Virus record (IMG/VR): IMGVR_UViG_2778261226_000007
Strand: one strand, 5' to 3'
DNA: 31,860 nt
DNA from: a virus
Lineage: Duplodnaviria; Heunggongvirae; Uroviricota; Caudoviricetes
The notes below the pieces were generated by a model that was given only the letters and a program-made list of their open reading frames with translations, made no database searches and was not told the origin of the DNA. Position numbers and translations under genes: made by a program. Shown in pieces: positions 18,934 through 27,058 of this stretch (position 1 is the first letter of the stretch; the number at the start of each line of letters is the position of its first letter).

Positions 18934-19172
18934 CGCAGTACCCCCTGCACCAATTTTTCAAATTTTCCAACTTTTGTTTCCAGCTCTGCCACACAATCCA
19001 CCAGCTCATCCACCGCTTTTTGTGCGCGGTGTTTTGCCTGCATCAGTTCTCTGAGCGCGGGTACCATATCCCGACGAATGGCATCTTTTGTTACGCCTGT
19101 CTTTTCCAGTTGTTCCGCCTGTCGTAACATTTCCTGTGCCTGTTTACGTAATTGTTCAGGCGTAAAAGTCAT
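18930..19172 (-). CDS. Hypothetical small coiled-coil protein
   Basis: Start taken at MTFTPEQL; the ORF-track start is a TTG. Lies between the helicase and RusA genes. Confidence 0.4.
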   Translation of the reverse strand: MTFTPEQLRKQAQEMLRQAEQLEKTGVTKDAIRRDMVPALRELMQAKHRAQKAVDELVDCVAELETKVGKFEKLVQGVLR

Positions 19173-19183
19173 GGTCTGGTTGT

Positions 19184-20575
19184 TCAAAAGAAACGCTCCA
19201 TCTTACTGCTGTCGGTTCGCTTATTGCTGTATCTGCGCGGCTGGGGCTGCTGCATTGGGGTGGAAAGAATCTGTGCGCTTTCCTGGTCTACGGGCAGAAA
19301 ATGTCCGTTATAAAAACGCCGGTAAATCGTCCCCAGAGAACCGTTACGTTGTTTCGTGATATTGATTTCTGCAATGCCTCTGGCCTGCGTATCCGGGTTG
19401 TACACTTCATCCCTGTAAAGCATCAGAATGATGTCTGCATCCGCCTCTATTTCTCCGGAATTTTTCAGGTCTGAGTTCATAGGTCGTTTATTGGGTCTGG
19501 ACTCAACTCCACGGGAAAGTTGGCTCAGCGCAACCACCGGTAATCCGCCGGATTTTGCCAGGCCTTTAAGCCCTTTTGATATTTCCCCCACGGCAAGGTC
19601 ATGACGTCCTATGGTACGGGTTTTTATCAGCCCGAGATAATCAACCACCACCAGCGCCGTTTCCGGGTGTTTAATCAGATGGTGTTTCGTTGTTGCGCAT
19701 ATTTCATCAATGGTCAGGTTCGCCTGGTCCACCATCCAGATATTGCGTCCGGTCATCAGCTCCACCCCCTTAATGAAACGCGCCCAGTCTTCGTCACCAA
19801 AGTGAGAGACAGATTTCAGGCGCGATACAGGCATTCCTCCGGCAGCAGACACCATGCGTTCACCGATCTGAATGTTCGCCATTTCCATTGTGAACAGAAG
19901 AACACCATGCCCCTGCTCAGTCACCTTGTCGATGATATCCAGCGCCAGTTCGGTTTTGCCCATTGACGGACGAGCCGCAATAAATACCAGATCGCCGGGC
20001 TCCATGCCGCCTGTTTTTGCGTCCAGTTCATCAATACCGGTCATCAACGTTCTGGATTTTTCCAGTCCCTGATTCCGGCATTCAACACGGTCAACCACCT
20101 CCGGAAGCACATCATCAATATGTACCGGCTGAATAATGCCCTTTTCCGTCGACAATGAAGCCATCATGTTCTGCGCATCCTTCAGGACATCTTCAGCTGC
20201 TTCACAGGTATGCGCATCACGTAATTTCTGCAGCGCCTCATTCAGTGTTTTTTCTGCATCACGCAATGCAGCATTGCGCCGCAACGCTGCAACATAGTGC
20301 TCCAGTGAAGACTTCACCCAGGTTTTACGCCCGGTATCAGTAATCACCGGAGCAAGTTCCGGCATTTCATTACACAGCAGCACAGGATCAATCACACCTG
20401 AAACACGAGCCTGTCGGCAGATGCCTGTGTAGATATCCCTATACGCTCGTACAGAAAAAACGTCCGCTGGCAGTGTGGCCAGAATATCCATCACTTCATG
20501 ATCTGCCCCACGCAGAAAAAACGCGCCAATGACAGCGCCTTCCAGATCATCGTTACGCCATACTGGAGTGGTCAT
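19184..20575 (-). CDS. Replicative DNA helicase (DnaB-like)
   Basis: 463 aa with Walker A (ARPSMGKT) and the overall DnaB C-terminal RecA-like organisation. Confidence 0.85.
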   Translation of the reverse strand: MTTPVWRNDDLEGAVIGAFFLRGADHEVMDILATLPADVFSVRAYRDIYTGICRQARVSGVIDPVLLCNEMPELAPVITDTGRKTWVKSSLEHYVAALRRNAALRDAEKTLNEALQKLRDAHTCEAAEDVLKDAQNMMASLSTEKGIIQPVHIDDVLPEVVDRVECRNQGLEKSRTLMTGIDELDAKTGGMEPGDLVFIAARPSMGKTELALDIIDKVTEQGHGVLLFTMEMANIQIGERMVSAAGGMPVSRLKSVSHFGDEDWARFIKGVELMTGRNIWMVDQANLTIDEICATTKHHLIKHPETALVVVDYLGLIKTRTIGRHDLAVGEISKGLKGLAKSGGLPVVALSQLSRGVESRPNKRPMNSDLKNSGEIEADADIILMLYRDEVYNPDTQARGIAEINITKQRNGSLGTIYRRFYNGHFLPVDQESAQILSTPMQQPQPRRYSNKRTDSSKMERFF

Positions 20576-21459
20576 GCAGCCACACCTCCAATATGCGCAC
20601 GATAGCTGGGCCAGTTAAACGACAACCAGTTGCGTCCCCCGTCTGTGATCCTGTCGGCAATGCGGGGGCTGATGAACGCCCACAACTCTTCCGGTGAAAG
20701 GTTGCTGATCAGGATGGTGGGCAGGATGCTTTCGTACCGGGCATTGATAATTTCCTGCAAAATAGCCATTTCAGCCGCGCTGCCAAACTGAACGCCGACT
20801 TCGTCGATGATCAGCAAATCCAATGACGCATAATGCTCAATAACTTCATCCGCTGTTTTTTCGCTGTCATTCCGCCAGCAGTTTTTCACAGCACGGGTAA
20901 GGCGCATCACATCAGTAATCTCCACACTGGCCAGATGGTTACGGATGATGTGTTTTGCCATAGCCACAGCCAGATGATTTTTTCCGGTACCACAACTGCC
21001 TGTCAGAACAAGACTGGTACCGTTAGCCAGAACATCCTCCCAGCTCTCTGCATAGCGGCGGCAGGCAGCAAGATTTCTGGCTGCATCAGAGTTAATCTCC
21101 TGATAGTTTTCAAACTCACAGTCGCGAAACCTACAGGCAACACCAGCATTCTCAATCAGCACATCAGCTTTCATTGCAACCAGAGTCCGATGTGTCACAT
21201 CCATTTCATCCACCAGACACTCCGGACAGCGGGAAATTTTTGAGACAGCGCCCCCCTGCCGATCATCCCACACCAGTATATGCGTACGATATTTACCGTG
21301 TTTTTCGCAGCATCCAACCCCTTCAGATTCCCGGCAGGCGCGGTAAGGCCATGGCTTTTCGCCATTCTGAGCAAATGCAATCTCTGCCCGTAACTCATCC
21401 ATTCGCGCCTGTAGTCTTGTTTGTTTCTCACGTTGGTTAATCGTCATCATCGCTGTCAC
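20572..21459 (-). CDS. DnaC/IstB-like AAA+ helicase loader with N-terminal Cys-rich region
   Basis: Walker A GSCGTGKNHLA and Walker B LLIIDEVG; N-terminal Cys cluster; start overlaps the upstream gene's stop. Confidence 0.75.
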   Translation of the reverse strand: MTAMMTINQREKQTRLQARMDELRAEIAFAQNGEKPWPYRACRESEGVGCCEKHGKYRTHILVWDDRQGGAVSKISRCPECLVDEMDVTHRTLVAMKADVLIENAGVACRFRDCEFENYQEINSDAARNLAACRRYAESWEDVLANGTSLVLTGSCGTGKNHLAVAMAKHIIRNHLASVEITDVMRLTRAVKNCWRNDSEKTADEVIEHYASLDLLIIDEVGVQFGSAAEMAILQEIINARYESILPTILISNLSPEELWAFISPRIADRITDGGRNWLSFNWPSYRAHIGGVAA

Positions 21460-21460
21460 C

Positions 21461-22453
21461 TCAGAATGTCAGTTTGTCACTGGATTTACCGAATTTGTCA
21501 GACATGGCTCCCAGGCCAGCCAGGACATCGACCTGTCGCTGTCGCCCACCTCCGGGAGCGGCTGGCTGTTGCCAAGATTCGTCAAAGTGCCGATCGGGGC
21601 CAAAGAACGTCGCAGCCTGCTTCACGAACTGTGTGCCGGTATTTCCTGTAGCACGTACCCAGGCTGCATACCGCCTTACGCCATTAAGCATGGTCTCCGG
21701 TTTTATTCCCTCCCTGATACGAGCTTTCCAGGCTTTGAAGGCTGCTGACTTGGAATTACCACCAGCACGTTTGGGATATTCCTGCCAGGCCTGTTCAAAT
21801 TCCGGTGAATATTCCTGTCGGGCAGAACGCGCTGGTGCAGACGCGTCAGCGGATGCGCCAATAGTGTTTTTAGTCTCCGTTGTAATCTCTGTAGTAATCT
21901 CTGTATTTGTATCAACATTCGGCGTATCCCCTGTTCCGTTATGACGTTGGGGGGTGTTCCGTTTTAACGTAATAGCTGTATCGCTGATTGAGTTATTGCT
22001 GTTACTTTCTGGCGAAACAGAAGAAGGTGTGGTGATGGCAGCAATTGCCTGTGGGTTGATCCCGACAAACAAAATATTGCTGCATTTCACCCCGTCTAGC
22101 ATTTCCACCGTACGTAAATCCAGAGTAATAAACCCAGCATCACGAAGACGCTTCAGCGCATCTGCGGTTTCCCTTTTCCCAAAGCCAAACTGTTCAGCAA
22201 ACGCCTGATAGCTTCTTTGCAGCTTGTCACCCTGAAAACGCTTGCGATATCCCAGTAAAGCCCCGGTATGCTCATCCCTGACTTCTGTCGGGCGGTACCA
22301 GTAAACAATCTCTGAAAGCAGCGCAATGGCAGTCGCATCCGGACGACCACTTGGTAGCCGAATATGTTTCCACCAGTTCGCTGGTGTGACATTGCCAGAA
22401 ATATTGAGTTGGCCAATAGCCATAACTTCAGGTGTAGGAGCGTAACGGCTCAC
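21461..22453 (-). CDS. Replication initiation protein (O-like / replisome organiser)
   Basis: Immediately upstream of the loader and helicase genes. Contains an internal tandem repeat (TEITTEITTE) like the ori iterons inside lambda O. Confidence 0.6.
   Translation of the reverse strand: MSRYAPTPEVMAIGQLNISGNVTPANWWKHIRLPSGRPDATAIALLSEIVYWYRPTEVRDEHTGALLGYRKRFQGDKLQRSYQAFAEQFGFGKRETADALKRLRDAGFITLDLRTVEMLDGVKCSNILFVGINPQAIAAITTPSSVSPESNSNNSISDTAITLKRNTPQRHNGTGDTPNVDTNTEITTEITTETKNTIGASADASAPARSARQEYSPEFEQAWQEYPKRAGGNSKSAAFKAWKARIREGIKPETMLNGVRRYAAWVRATGNTGTQFVKQAATFFGPDRHFDESWQQPAAPGGGRQRQVDVLAGLGAMSDKFGKSSDKLTF
21882..21905. repeat. Exact 12-bp tandem direct repeat (gtaatctctgta x2), candidate origin iterons
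   Basis: Read directly: tgtaatctctgtagtaatctctgtatttgtatc inside the initiator gene, with partial copies adjacent. Confidence 0.45.
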
Positions 22454-22674
22454 ACGGCACCTCCCAGACGCTTAAACATTTTTCCAGACAGAAATACCGC
22501 CAGCGGGTAACTGATGGTGTAGCTACGCCCCTGTAGTTCGCACACGACTTTCTGGCTTTCAGCGTTGACTAGGCAACCCCGCAGAACGTGACCGTTGCTG
22601 GTGGCGAACCACTGCCCCACACGGGGGCAACGGTTGTATCGGTGATACAGGGAATTAACGATGCGGCGAATCAT
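22450..22674 (-). CDS. Hypothetical small Cys-containing protein
   Basis: 74-aa ORF whose first ~20 nt (GGAGGCGCACCCATGATTCGC) nearly duplicate the 5' end of leader module B. ATGA-coupled to the initiator gene. Confidence 0.4.
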   Translation of the reverse strand: MIRRIVNSLYHRYNRCPRVGQWFATSNGHVLRGCLVNAESQKVVCELQGRSYTISYPLAVFLSGKMFKRLGGAV

Positions 22675-23222
22675 GGGTGCGCCTCCTTGTCAGAACCATT
22701 AAGTCTGGAATCAACAAGTGCAGCGCCAAAAACAGCATCTCCTACACGGTCATACAGCTTGCTCGCCAGCGGAGATTCAACGGCCTTAAGCATGGGGTAA
22801 AGCTGGCTTTTCCAGATTTGATGGATTTCACGCAAATGCAGGTATACGCCTCTGGCGTTTCGTGCAACAGCTGACATATCAACCGCGTCAGCACCAGATA
22901 AATTCTTCTCCATCTGGTTAAAGGCGTTGATGTATGCCTCTTTGAACCTGGCTGCACGTTTGCCAGTGAAGCCCATGGCAAGAAACGCAAAACCGTCGCG
23001 GGTGATTTGGTAGCAGGGAAGTTTGCGGCCTGATGCGTCGGTGTATTCACTTAACACAAAATTGTGTTCAGTAAATTCAGCGGAACATTCGAGGTTTCGA
23101 ATTCTGTCTAAAACCCGCTCATGCCGTTTAGTAAAGTAATTAGAAACTGCAAGAGATGTGGTGACAACACGACCATTGATAATCGTGATTTCAGGGTGAG
23201 ATTGGGTTGGGAGAGTAGTCAT
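22671..23222 (-). CDS. Rha-family phage regulatory protein (copy B)
   Basis: Start taken at MTTLPTQ. The N-terminal region (...VSNYFTKRHERVLDRIRNL...YQITRDGFAFLAMGFTGKRAARFKEAYINAF) looks like a Rha domain. The ORF-track N-terminal extension is the leader. Confidence 0.65.
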   Translation of the reverse strand: MTTLPTQSHPEITIINGRVVTTSLAVSNYFTKRHERVLDRIRNLECSAEFTEHNFVLSEYTDASGRKLPCYQITRDGFAFLAMGFTGKRAARFKEAYINAFNQMEKNLSGADAVDMSAVARNARGVYLHLREIHQIWKSQLYPMLKAVESPLASKLYDRVGDAVFGAALVDSRLNGSDKEAHP

Positions 23223-23534
23223 GGTGACAGCCCCTATGTTGAATTCAATGAACTCACCACCAAGGCTTTCCACGACCATATAGGTGGTGAGACGTACAGG
23301 GGTGGAAATACCGGTCAACATAGAACCCGGCCCAACCGAAGTTGGCCCTGCACGCCCCACCATAATTTGGGCGTAACGATGCTCATGACACGAAAAAACC
23401 GCATGAGCGCGGTTGTGCTCTATATTGAATTTCGGGTTTCCACGCCCGGCCCCCGCTTTATAAGGTGCAGAGACAGTGTAACGTCCCAAAAGTGCAGAAT
23501 CAATATGTTGGCGAATCATGGGCGCACCTCCCAT
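23223..23534 (-). promoter_or_regulatory. Leader module B: promoter, short terminated transcript and structured region upstream of Rha copy B
   Basis: Minus strand has TTGATT (23503-23498), a 17-nt spacer and TACACT (23480-23475); a hairpin plus U6 (ccgcgctcatgcggTTTTTT, 23393-23412); and a UUCG-loop hairpin (23329-23347). Confidence 0.55.
23393..23468 (-). ncRNA. Candidate short leader RNA B
   Basis: Inferred from promoter and terminator positions; approximate ends. Confidence 0.35.
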
Positions 23535-23877
23535 TGATTACGACGGAAAACAGTGTGATTCAGGTTGGTTTCAGCCTCATGGAATGCTTCAATACAGCTC
23601 TCGTAGTACCGCATTGTGCGCAGACTTAACCCAAGCTGAAGCATCATCAGGCCATCAAGGGTGATGTAATAACCACGCAGGGAATCGCCATACACGTGGT
23701 AAGTACCCGGTATGAAATTACGGGAGAAGAATTCACGCGAGCAGTTCAGATACTCGATTTTGTCGACGATATTCTGGTGCATGCGCTTGAAGTGGCAGGC
23801 AACATGCAGGGAGAAAATAACAGCCTTACCGTTGACGATCTCAATTTTGAGGAATGGGGAAGTTGGGATCGTAGCCA
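23516..23877 (-). CDS. Rha-family phage regulatory protein (copy A)
   Basis: Start taken at MATIPTS. Contains KRMHQNIVDKIEYL...YYITLDGLMMLQLGL, resembling a Rha domain. Its stop is ATGA-overlapped with the start of leader B. Confidence 0.6.
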
Positions 23878-24192
23878 TGATGGCAGCCTCCGTATGCAAT
23901 GGATAACTTCCACCACCGGAAACGCCAATTTCGCTGGTGGTGAACTGAGCAGGGTTGGCGTAACCGGCGCATACGGAAACCGGCGCACCTTTCGGTGCCC
24001 CCACCCAGCCCACCATAATTTGGGTATAGCTGAGTTGTAGCAACAAAAAAGACGCTAACGCGCCAATTGTCGCCGTATGCAATTCCAGGACGCCAATCCC
24101 GGCACCCGCTTTATAAGGTGCTGGAACAGTGTAACGTCCCGAAATTGCAGAATCAATATGTTGGTTGCGGATCATTTTGTACCTACTCGCCG
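23878..24192 (-). promoter_or_regulatory. Leader module A: promoter, short terminated transcript and structured region upstream of Rha copy A
   Basis: Minus strand has TTGATT (24156-24151), a 17-nt spacer and TACACT (24133-24128); a hairpin plus U6 (24044-24064); and a GAAA tetraloop hairpin gcaccGAAAggtgc (23985-23998). Confidence 0.55.
24045..24120 (-). ncRNA. Candidate short leader RNA A
   Basis: Inferred from promoter and terminator positions; approximate ends. Confidence 0.35.
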
Positions 24193-24402
24193 TCAATCCG
24201 CGTTTTCGCGCTGATTCCAGTCATGAACAGCACGTTCTTTCGAATCAGGGATCTGGTTTGCGTTACAGCAAGTACATGCGACGTAATAACCATCATCGCC
24301 ATCCAGAAAATATTTCACCTCAATGAGTTGTACTTCCGGATTTCCGCAGAACGGGCAAGGTTTCAGATCGACATCACCAGTTACACACGTCTTGGTTTGC
24401 AT
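24193..24402 (-). CDS. Lar-family restriction alleviation protein (zinc ribbon)
   Basis: 69 aa with CPFCG...CTCC zinc-ribbon spacing typical of the Lar family found in Rac-type prophages. Confidence 0.65.
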   Translation of the reverse strand: MQTKTCVTGDVDLKPCPFCGNPEVQLIEVKYFLDGDDGYYVACTCCNANQIPDSKERAVHDWNQRENAD

Positions 24403-25256
24403 TATTTGTTCTCCTGTAAAAGATTCGCGAGCTCAGTGTTATGGGTAAACAGCCCATCCCATGTTTTCTTCATCGGTAGTTCACCGTTCAGATAATGGCG
24501 ATATAACCAGGCGGCACCTTTTTTCTTCAGGAGTGGTTTGAAAATCTCGCGCATTTCCCCGTTTTCCTGCTCAACCTGCCCAGAACGCTCAGTCAGGTAT
24601 TGGTCACGTGCATACGCTTTTACACGCCAGCGCGGATACATAGCCTCCGGACGGTCGTCATACAGCCAGTTACGCTCTTCAAGGAACGCATTAATCTGAC
24701 GAGTGTTTACACCGTTGAGTTGTTTGCAGAACTGCACAGGAGTGATGCCATCGGCGAGATGGCTTTCGAGTTTGCTGATGTAGCGAGCCTGACGCTCTGC
24801 ATACCCGAGAGCAAGGCGTTCGGATTTTTTGGCTTCAATCCACGCTTCAGCAGCAGCGATCGGATCGTCAAAGTCTGGAATAGTGTTTGAAGAAGGCGTT
24901 GCTTTACGAAAATACGCCTGCTCCATTTTTTCGAAGAACGACCAGGCCTCGTCTGTATCGACGATTTTTGACATGCGGGCAGCGCCGCGTTCTGTCCAGA
25001 GGACAAGTGATGTTGTATGTTTATTAACCGACTCGCTAAAAGATAGTCGGAAAGATTTCAGCTCATCACCGCTGATTTTGAAAAAGTGTTTACCCTCAAC
25101 GAAACGATCTTCGTTTCGAATGTAGTTCTGTTGTATACGGATTGGCGTTGTTCCATATCCCGCCGCCAACGTTTCGGTGGTAACTACACGTACTCCCTGC
25201 CACTCAATAACTGGCAAGTTTTCAGGGTTGACTAATTTTTGTTTATTGATCATCAT
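24402..25256 (-). CDS. Antirepressor-like protein with N-terminal ORF6N domain and a C-terminal extension (KilA-C-like)
   Basis: The N-terminal ~110 aa is paralogous to the 17421..17909 product. First large gene downstream of cro. Confidence 0.7.
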   Translation of the reverse strand: MMINKQKLVNPENLPVIEWQGVRVVTTETLAAGYGTTPIRIQQNYIRNEDRFVEGKHFFKISGDELKSFRLSFSESVNKHTTSLVLWTERGAARMSKIVDTDEAWSFFEKMEQAYFRKATPSSNTIPDFDDPIAAAEAWIEAKKSERLALGYAERQARYISKLESHLADGITPVQFCKQLNGVNTRQINAFLEERNWLYDDRPEAMYPRWRVKAYARDQYLTERSGQVEQENGEMREIFKPLLKKKGAAWLYRHYLNGELPMKKTWDGLFTHNTELANLLQENK

Positions 25257-25281
25257 GAAATCCCCTTACTAATCAGAATAA

Positions 25282-25318
25282 GTCGGGCTGACGGAGTGCG
25301 GCCCGGCTTTTCTTTTTT
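25282..25318. terminator. GC-rich hairpin with adjacent T-rich tract between cro and the next early gene (tR1-like position)
   Basis: gtcgggctgacggagtgcggcccggc followed by ttttctttttt on the plus strand. Minus-strand function is uncertain (weak U-tract). Confidence 0.3.
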
Positions 25319-25332
25319 CGTTCAGTAACCGT

Positions 25333-25632
25333 TCATCGCGTGGACATTTCTGATGAATCACTCTGCCCATCTTCCGTGCGCGCTAGGCTTGGATTTGAAA
25401 TTTTGCGTAACGAATCAGGAATTCCATCTTCAGGGTGAGGATAAAGATCTGGCCTTAAGCCATGTGGCGTGACCTTCCATGCAACTACTTCACATACGCG
25501 TAAAACAAAACGAGCAGGAATTGTGTTTTTTGAAAACCACTGATTCACCGCTTGCGGAGTTACACCAAGGTTTCGTGCAATGGCATTTTGCGCAATTAAT
25601 GCGCGAAGTACGTCGTAATCATTTCCTTTCAT
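25333..25632 (-). CDS. Cro-like HTH regulator
   Basis: Small HTH protein (NAIARNLGVTPQAVNQWFSKNTIPARFVLRV) transcribed divergently from the CI-type repressor. Confidence 0.6.
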   Translation of the reverse strand: MKGNDYDVLRALIAQNAIARNLGVTPQAVNQWFSKNTIPARFVLRVCEVVAWKVTPHGLRPDLYPHPEDGIPDSLRKISNPSLARTEDGQSDSSEMSTR

Positions 25633-25765
25633 AGCAAAACACCAATATTAACTTGATAACACAAGAATACATCAAGATTAAATTAACATGCAAGTTGCAA
25701 AAGGATCGAATACACTAAAATCAAGTAAAGATTTATCCTTGTAAAGAAACCCACAGGACCTGGTC
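25633..25765. promoter_or_regulatory. Divergent immunity control region (operators and promoters)
   Basis: AT-rich intergenic region with a perfect dyad CTTGAT-N13-ATCAAG (25652-25676), a second near-dyad ATCAAG-N12-CTTGTA (25720-25743) and an 11-bp palindrome TGCAAGTTGCA (25689-25699). Confidence 0.5.
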
Positions 25766-26455
25766 ATGAAGAACGTCAAAAACACGGAAAATCGAATAGC
25801 CGCGATGCTGAAAGCAAAAGGATGGACTCAGGCTCAACTGGCCCGCAAGTTAGGTGTGAGTGCGCAATCAGTGCAGTACTGGACAACAGGAAAGACATTT
25901 CCACGGAGTGATAAGCTTGCGCAGTTATCAGAGATTAGCGGTTATCCACAATCCTGGTTCTTAGGTGAAGACCCCTCACCGACCTTCTCCTCGCCAGAGA
26001 AACACCAGACAAGAACAGATAGCGTCGTGTTTAATGTCCTTGATGTTGAGTTCAGTTGCGGTGATGGAACTCATGTCCGTGGTGACTTGATAGATGTAGT
26101 GCGCTCAATAGAACTTGATCCTGAATATGCCCGACGTCTTGTTGGAAATCGGGCATTCAAAAATATAGAAATAGGTAACGCCAGAGGAGACAGTATGGCT
26201 CCCACAATCTCACCTGGCGACCTTCTTTTTCTCGATAAGACAGTAACTTATTTTGATGGAGATGGCATTTATGCATTTTGTTTTGATGGAGAATGCTACG
26301 TGAAAAGACTTCAAAAAATTGGAAGCAAAATCATGGTGTTATCTGATAACCCCAATTATCAACCATGGAGCATCGAAAAAGAGGGTTTAGCTCTGCTTTA
26401 TATCCAGTCTAAAGTGATCTCATCTGTACCATTCAATATAAACAGATTTGGTTAG
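25766..26455 (+). CDS. CI-type prophage repressor (HTH plus S24 LexA-like autopeptidase domain)
   Basis: N-terminal HTH (GWTQAQLARKLGVSAQSVQYW); C-terminal domain with the catalytic Ser in GDSMAP and Lys in YVKRL. Confidence 0.85.
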   Translation: MKNVKNTENRIAAMLKAKGWTQAQLARKLGVSAQSVQYWTTGKTFPRSDKLAQLSEISGYPQSWFLGEDPSPTFSSPEKHQTRTDSVVFNVLDVEFSCGDGTHVRGDLIDVVRSIELDPEYARRLVGNRAFKNIEIGNARGDSMAPTISPGDLLFLDKTVTYFDGDGIYAFCFDGECYVKRLQKIGSKIMVLSDNPNYQPWSIEKEGLALLYIQSKVISSVPFNINRFG

Positions 26456-26467
26456 TCTTTGATTTTA

Positions 26468-26489
26468 ACGGGCTTTGCCCGTTTTTTTC
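26468..26489 (+). terminator. Intrinsic terminator after the repressor gene
   Basis: acgggctttgcccgt followed by ttttttt. Confidence 0.6.
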
Positions 26490-26518
26490 TGCCTAAAATA
26501 CACGATATCAATTTTTTC

Positions 26519-26547
26519 TTGACAGCCTATTTCGCAAAGCATAATAT
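26519..26547 (+). promoter_or_regulatory. Strong sigma70-type promoter (pL-like)
   Basis: TTGACA (26519-26524), a 17-nt spacer and TAATAT (26542-26547); CTTGAT/ATCAA operator-like half-sites lie just downstream (26554-26575). Confidence 0.6.
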
Positions 26548-26600
26548 CGCGCCATCAACTATAACTTGATTTGATTCAATTTAAAATTGTTGGTGGGTAT

Positions 26601-27053
26601 ATGAAGACACTAAACGCAACTCCAGAAACAACTAATTTTATCAACTGCGGCTGTGTTACGCTTGAAGGCTTAGAACTTGATTCCTTTGCATTAAATATTG
26701 CAAATTTGCTAAGTGCTGTACGCACATTCCATCTTCTTGATTGTGCTCGCTCAAAGGAACTAGGCATTGAGGTAATGGAATTTATCCATGAATATGCTCT
26801 ATCTGCGGCTTCTCCTGCACGACAAAAACAATCCTTCCCTAAAAGCTGGCTGGTTAACCTTCACACCCAACGCGAAGCCTGCGGCTTAACAACCGCCGAA
26901 CTCGCCAGGCTGCTCGATCTCGATGAAGAAATCATCATCCAGTGGGAGAGCGGAGAGTATGAACCAACTATCAGTATGCTTATCCCACTGGCAAATATTC
27001 TTGGCTGCGATCCGATGTGGTTATTGACTGGTAGCAATGCTACAAAGGAGTAA
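26601..27053 (+). CDS. Uncharacterised protein with C-terminal XRE-type HTH
   Basis: Start taken at MKTLNAT with a GGTGGG RBS (ORF-track start is a TTG). C-terminal HTH (LTTAELARLLDLDEEIIIQWESGEYEPTISMLIPLANILG). The N-terminal domain is paralogous to the next gene's product. Confidence 0.6.
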   Translation: MKTLNATPETTNFINCGCVTLEGLELDSFALNIANLLSAVRTFHLLDCARSKELGIEVMEFIHEYALSAASPARQKQSFPKSWLVNLHTQREACGLTTAELARLLDLDEEIIIQWESGEYEPTISMLIPLANILGCDPMWLLTGSNATKE

Positions 27054-27058
27054 CAGCA

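Noticed and set aside
22671-24196. Long ORF-track versions of the Rha genes (287 aa and 226 aa) and the 128-aa ORF at 17792..18178
   Set aside because: The extra N-terminal sequence is the leader module: it contains a promoter and terminator hairpin, and copies differ by indels that are not multiples of three. A short upstream ORF (MIR(N)QHIDSA...) cannot be fully excluded.
26571-26600. ORF-track start at 26571 for the HTH protein (and similar TTG/GTG starts at 19187 and 24196)
   Set aside because: These are alternative start codons chosen by the ORF finder; downstream ATGs with better RBS spacing are more plausible. The GTG at 27059 is retained because it has an AAGGAG RBS and no in-frame ATG alternative.
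26601-27053. The first gene after the pL-like promoter as an N-type antiterminator
   Set aside because: The product has an XRE-type HTH and is not a small Arg-rich peptide; no boxA/boxB-like nut hairpin was recognised nearby. Early antitermination, if any, is unassigned.
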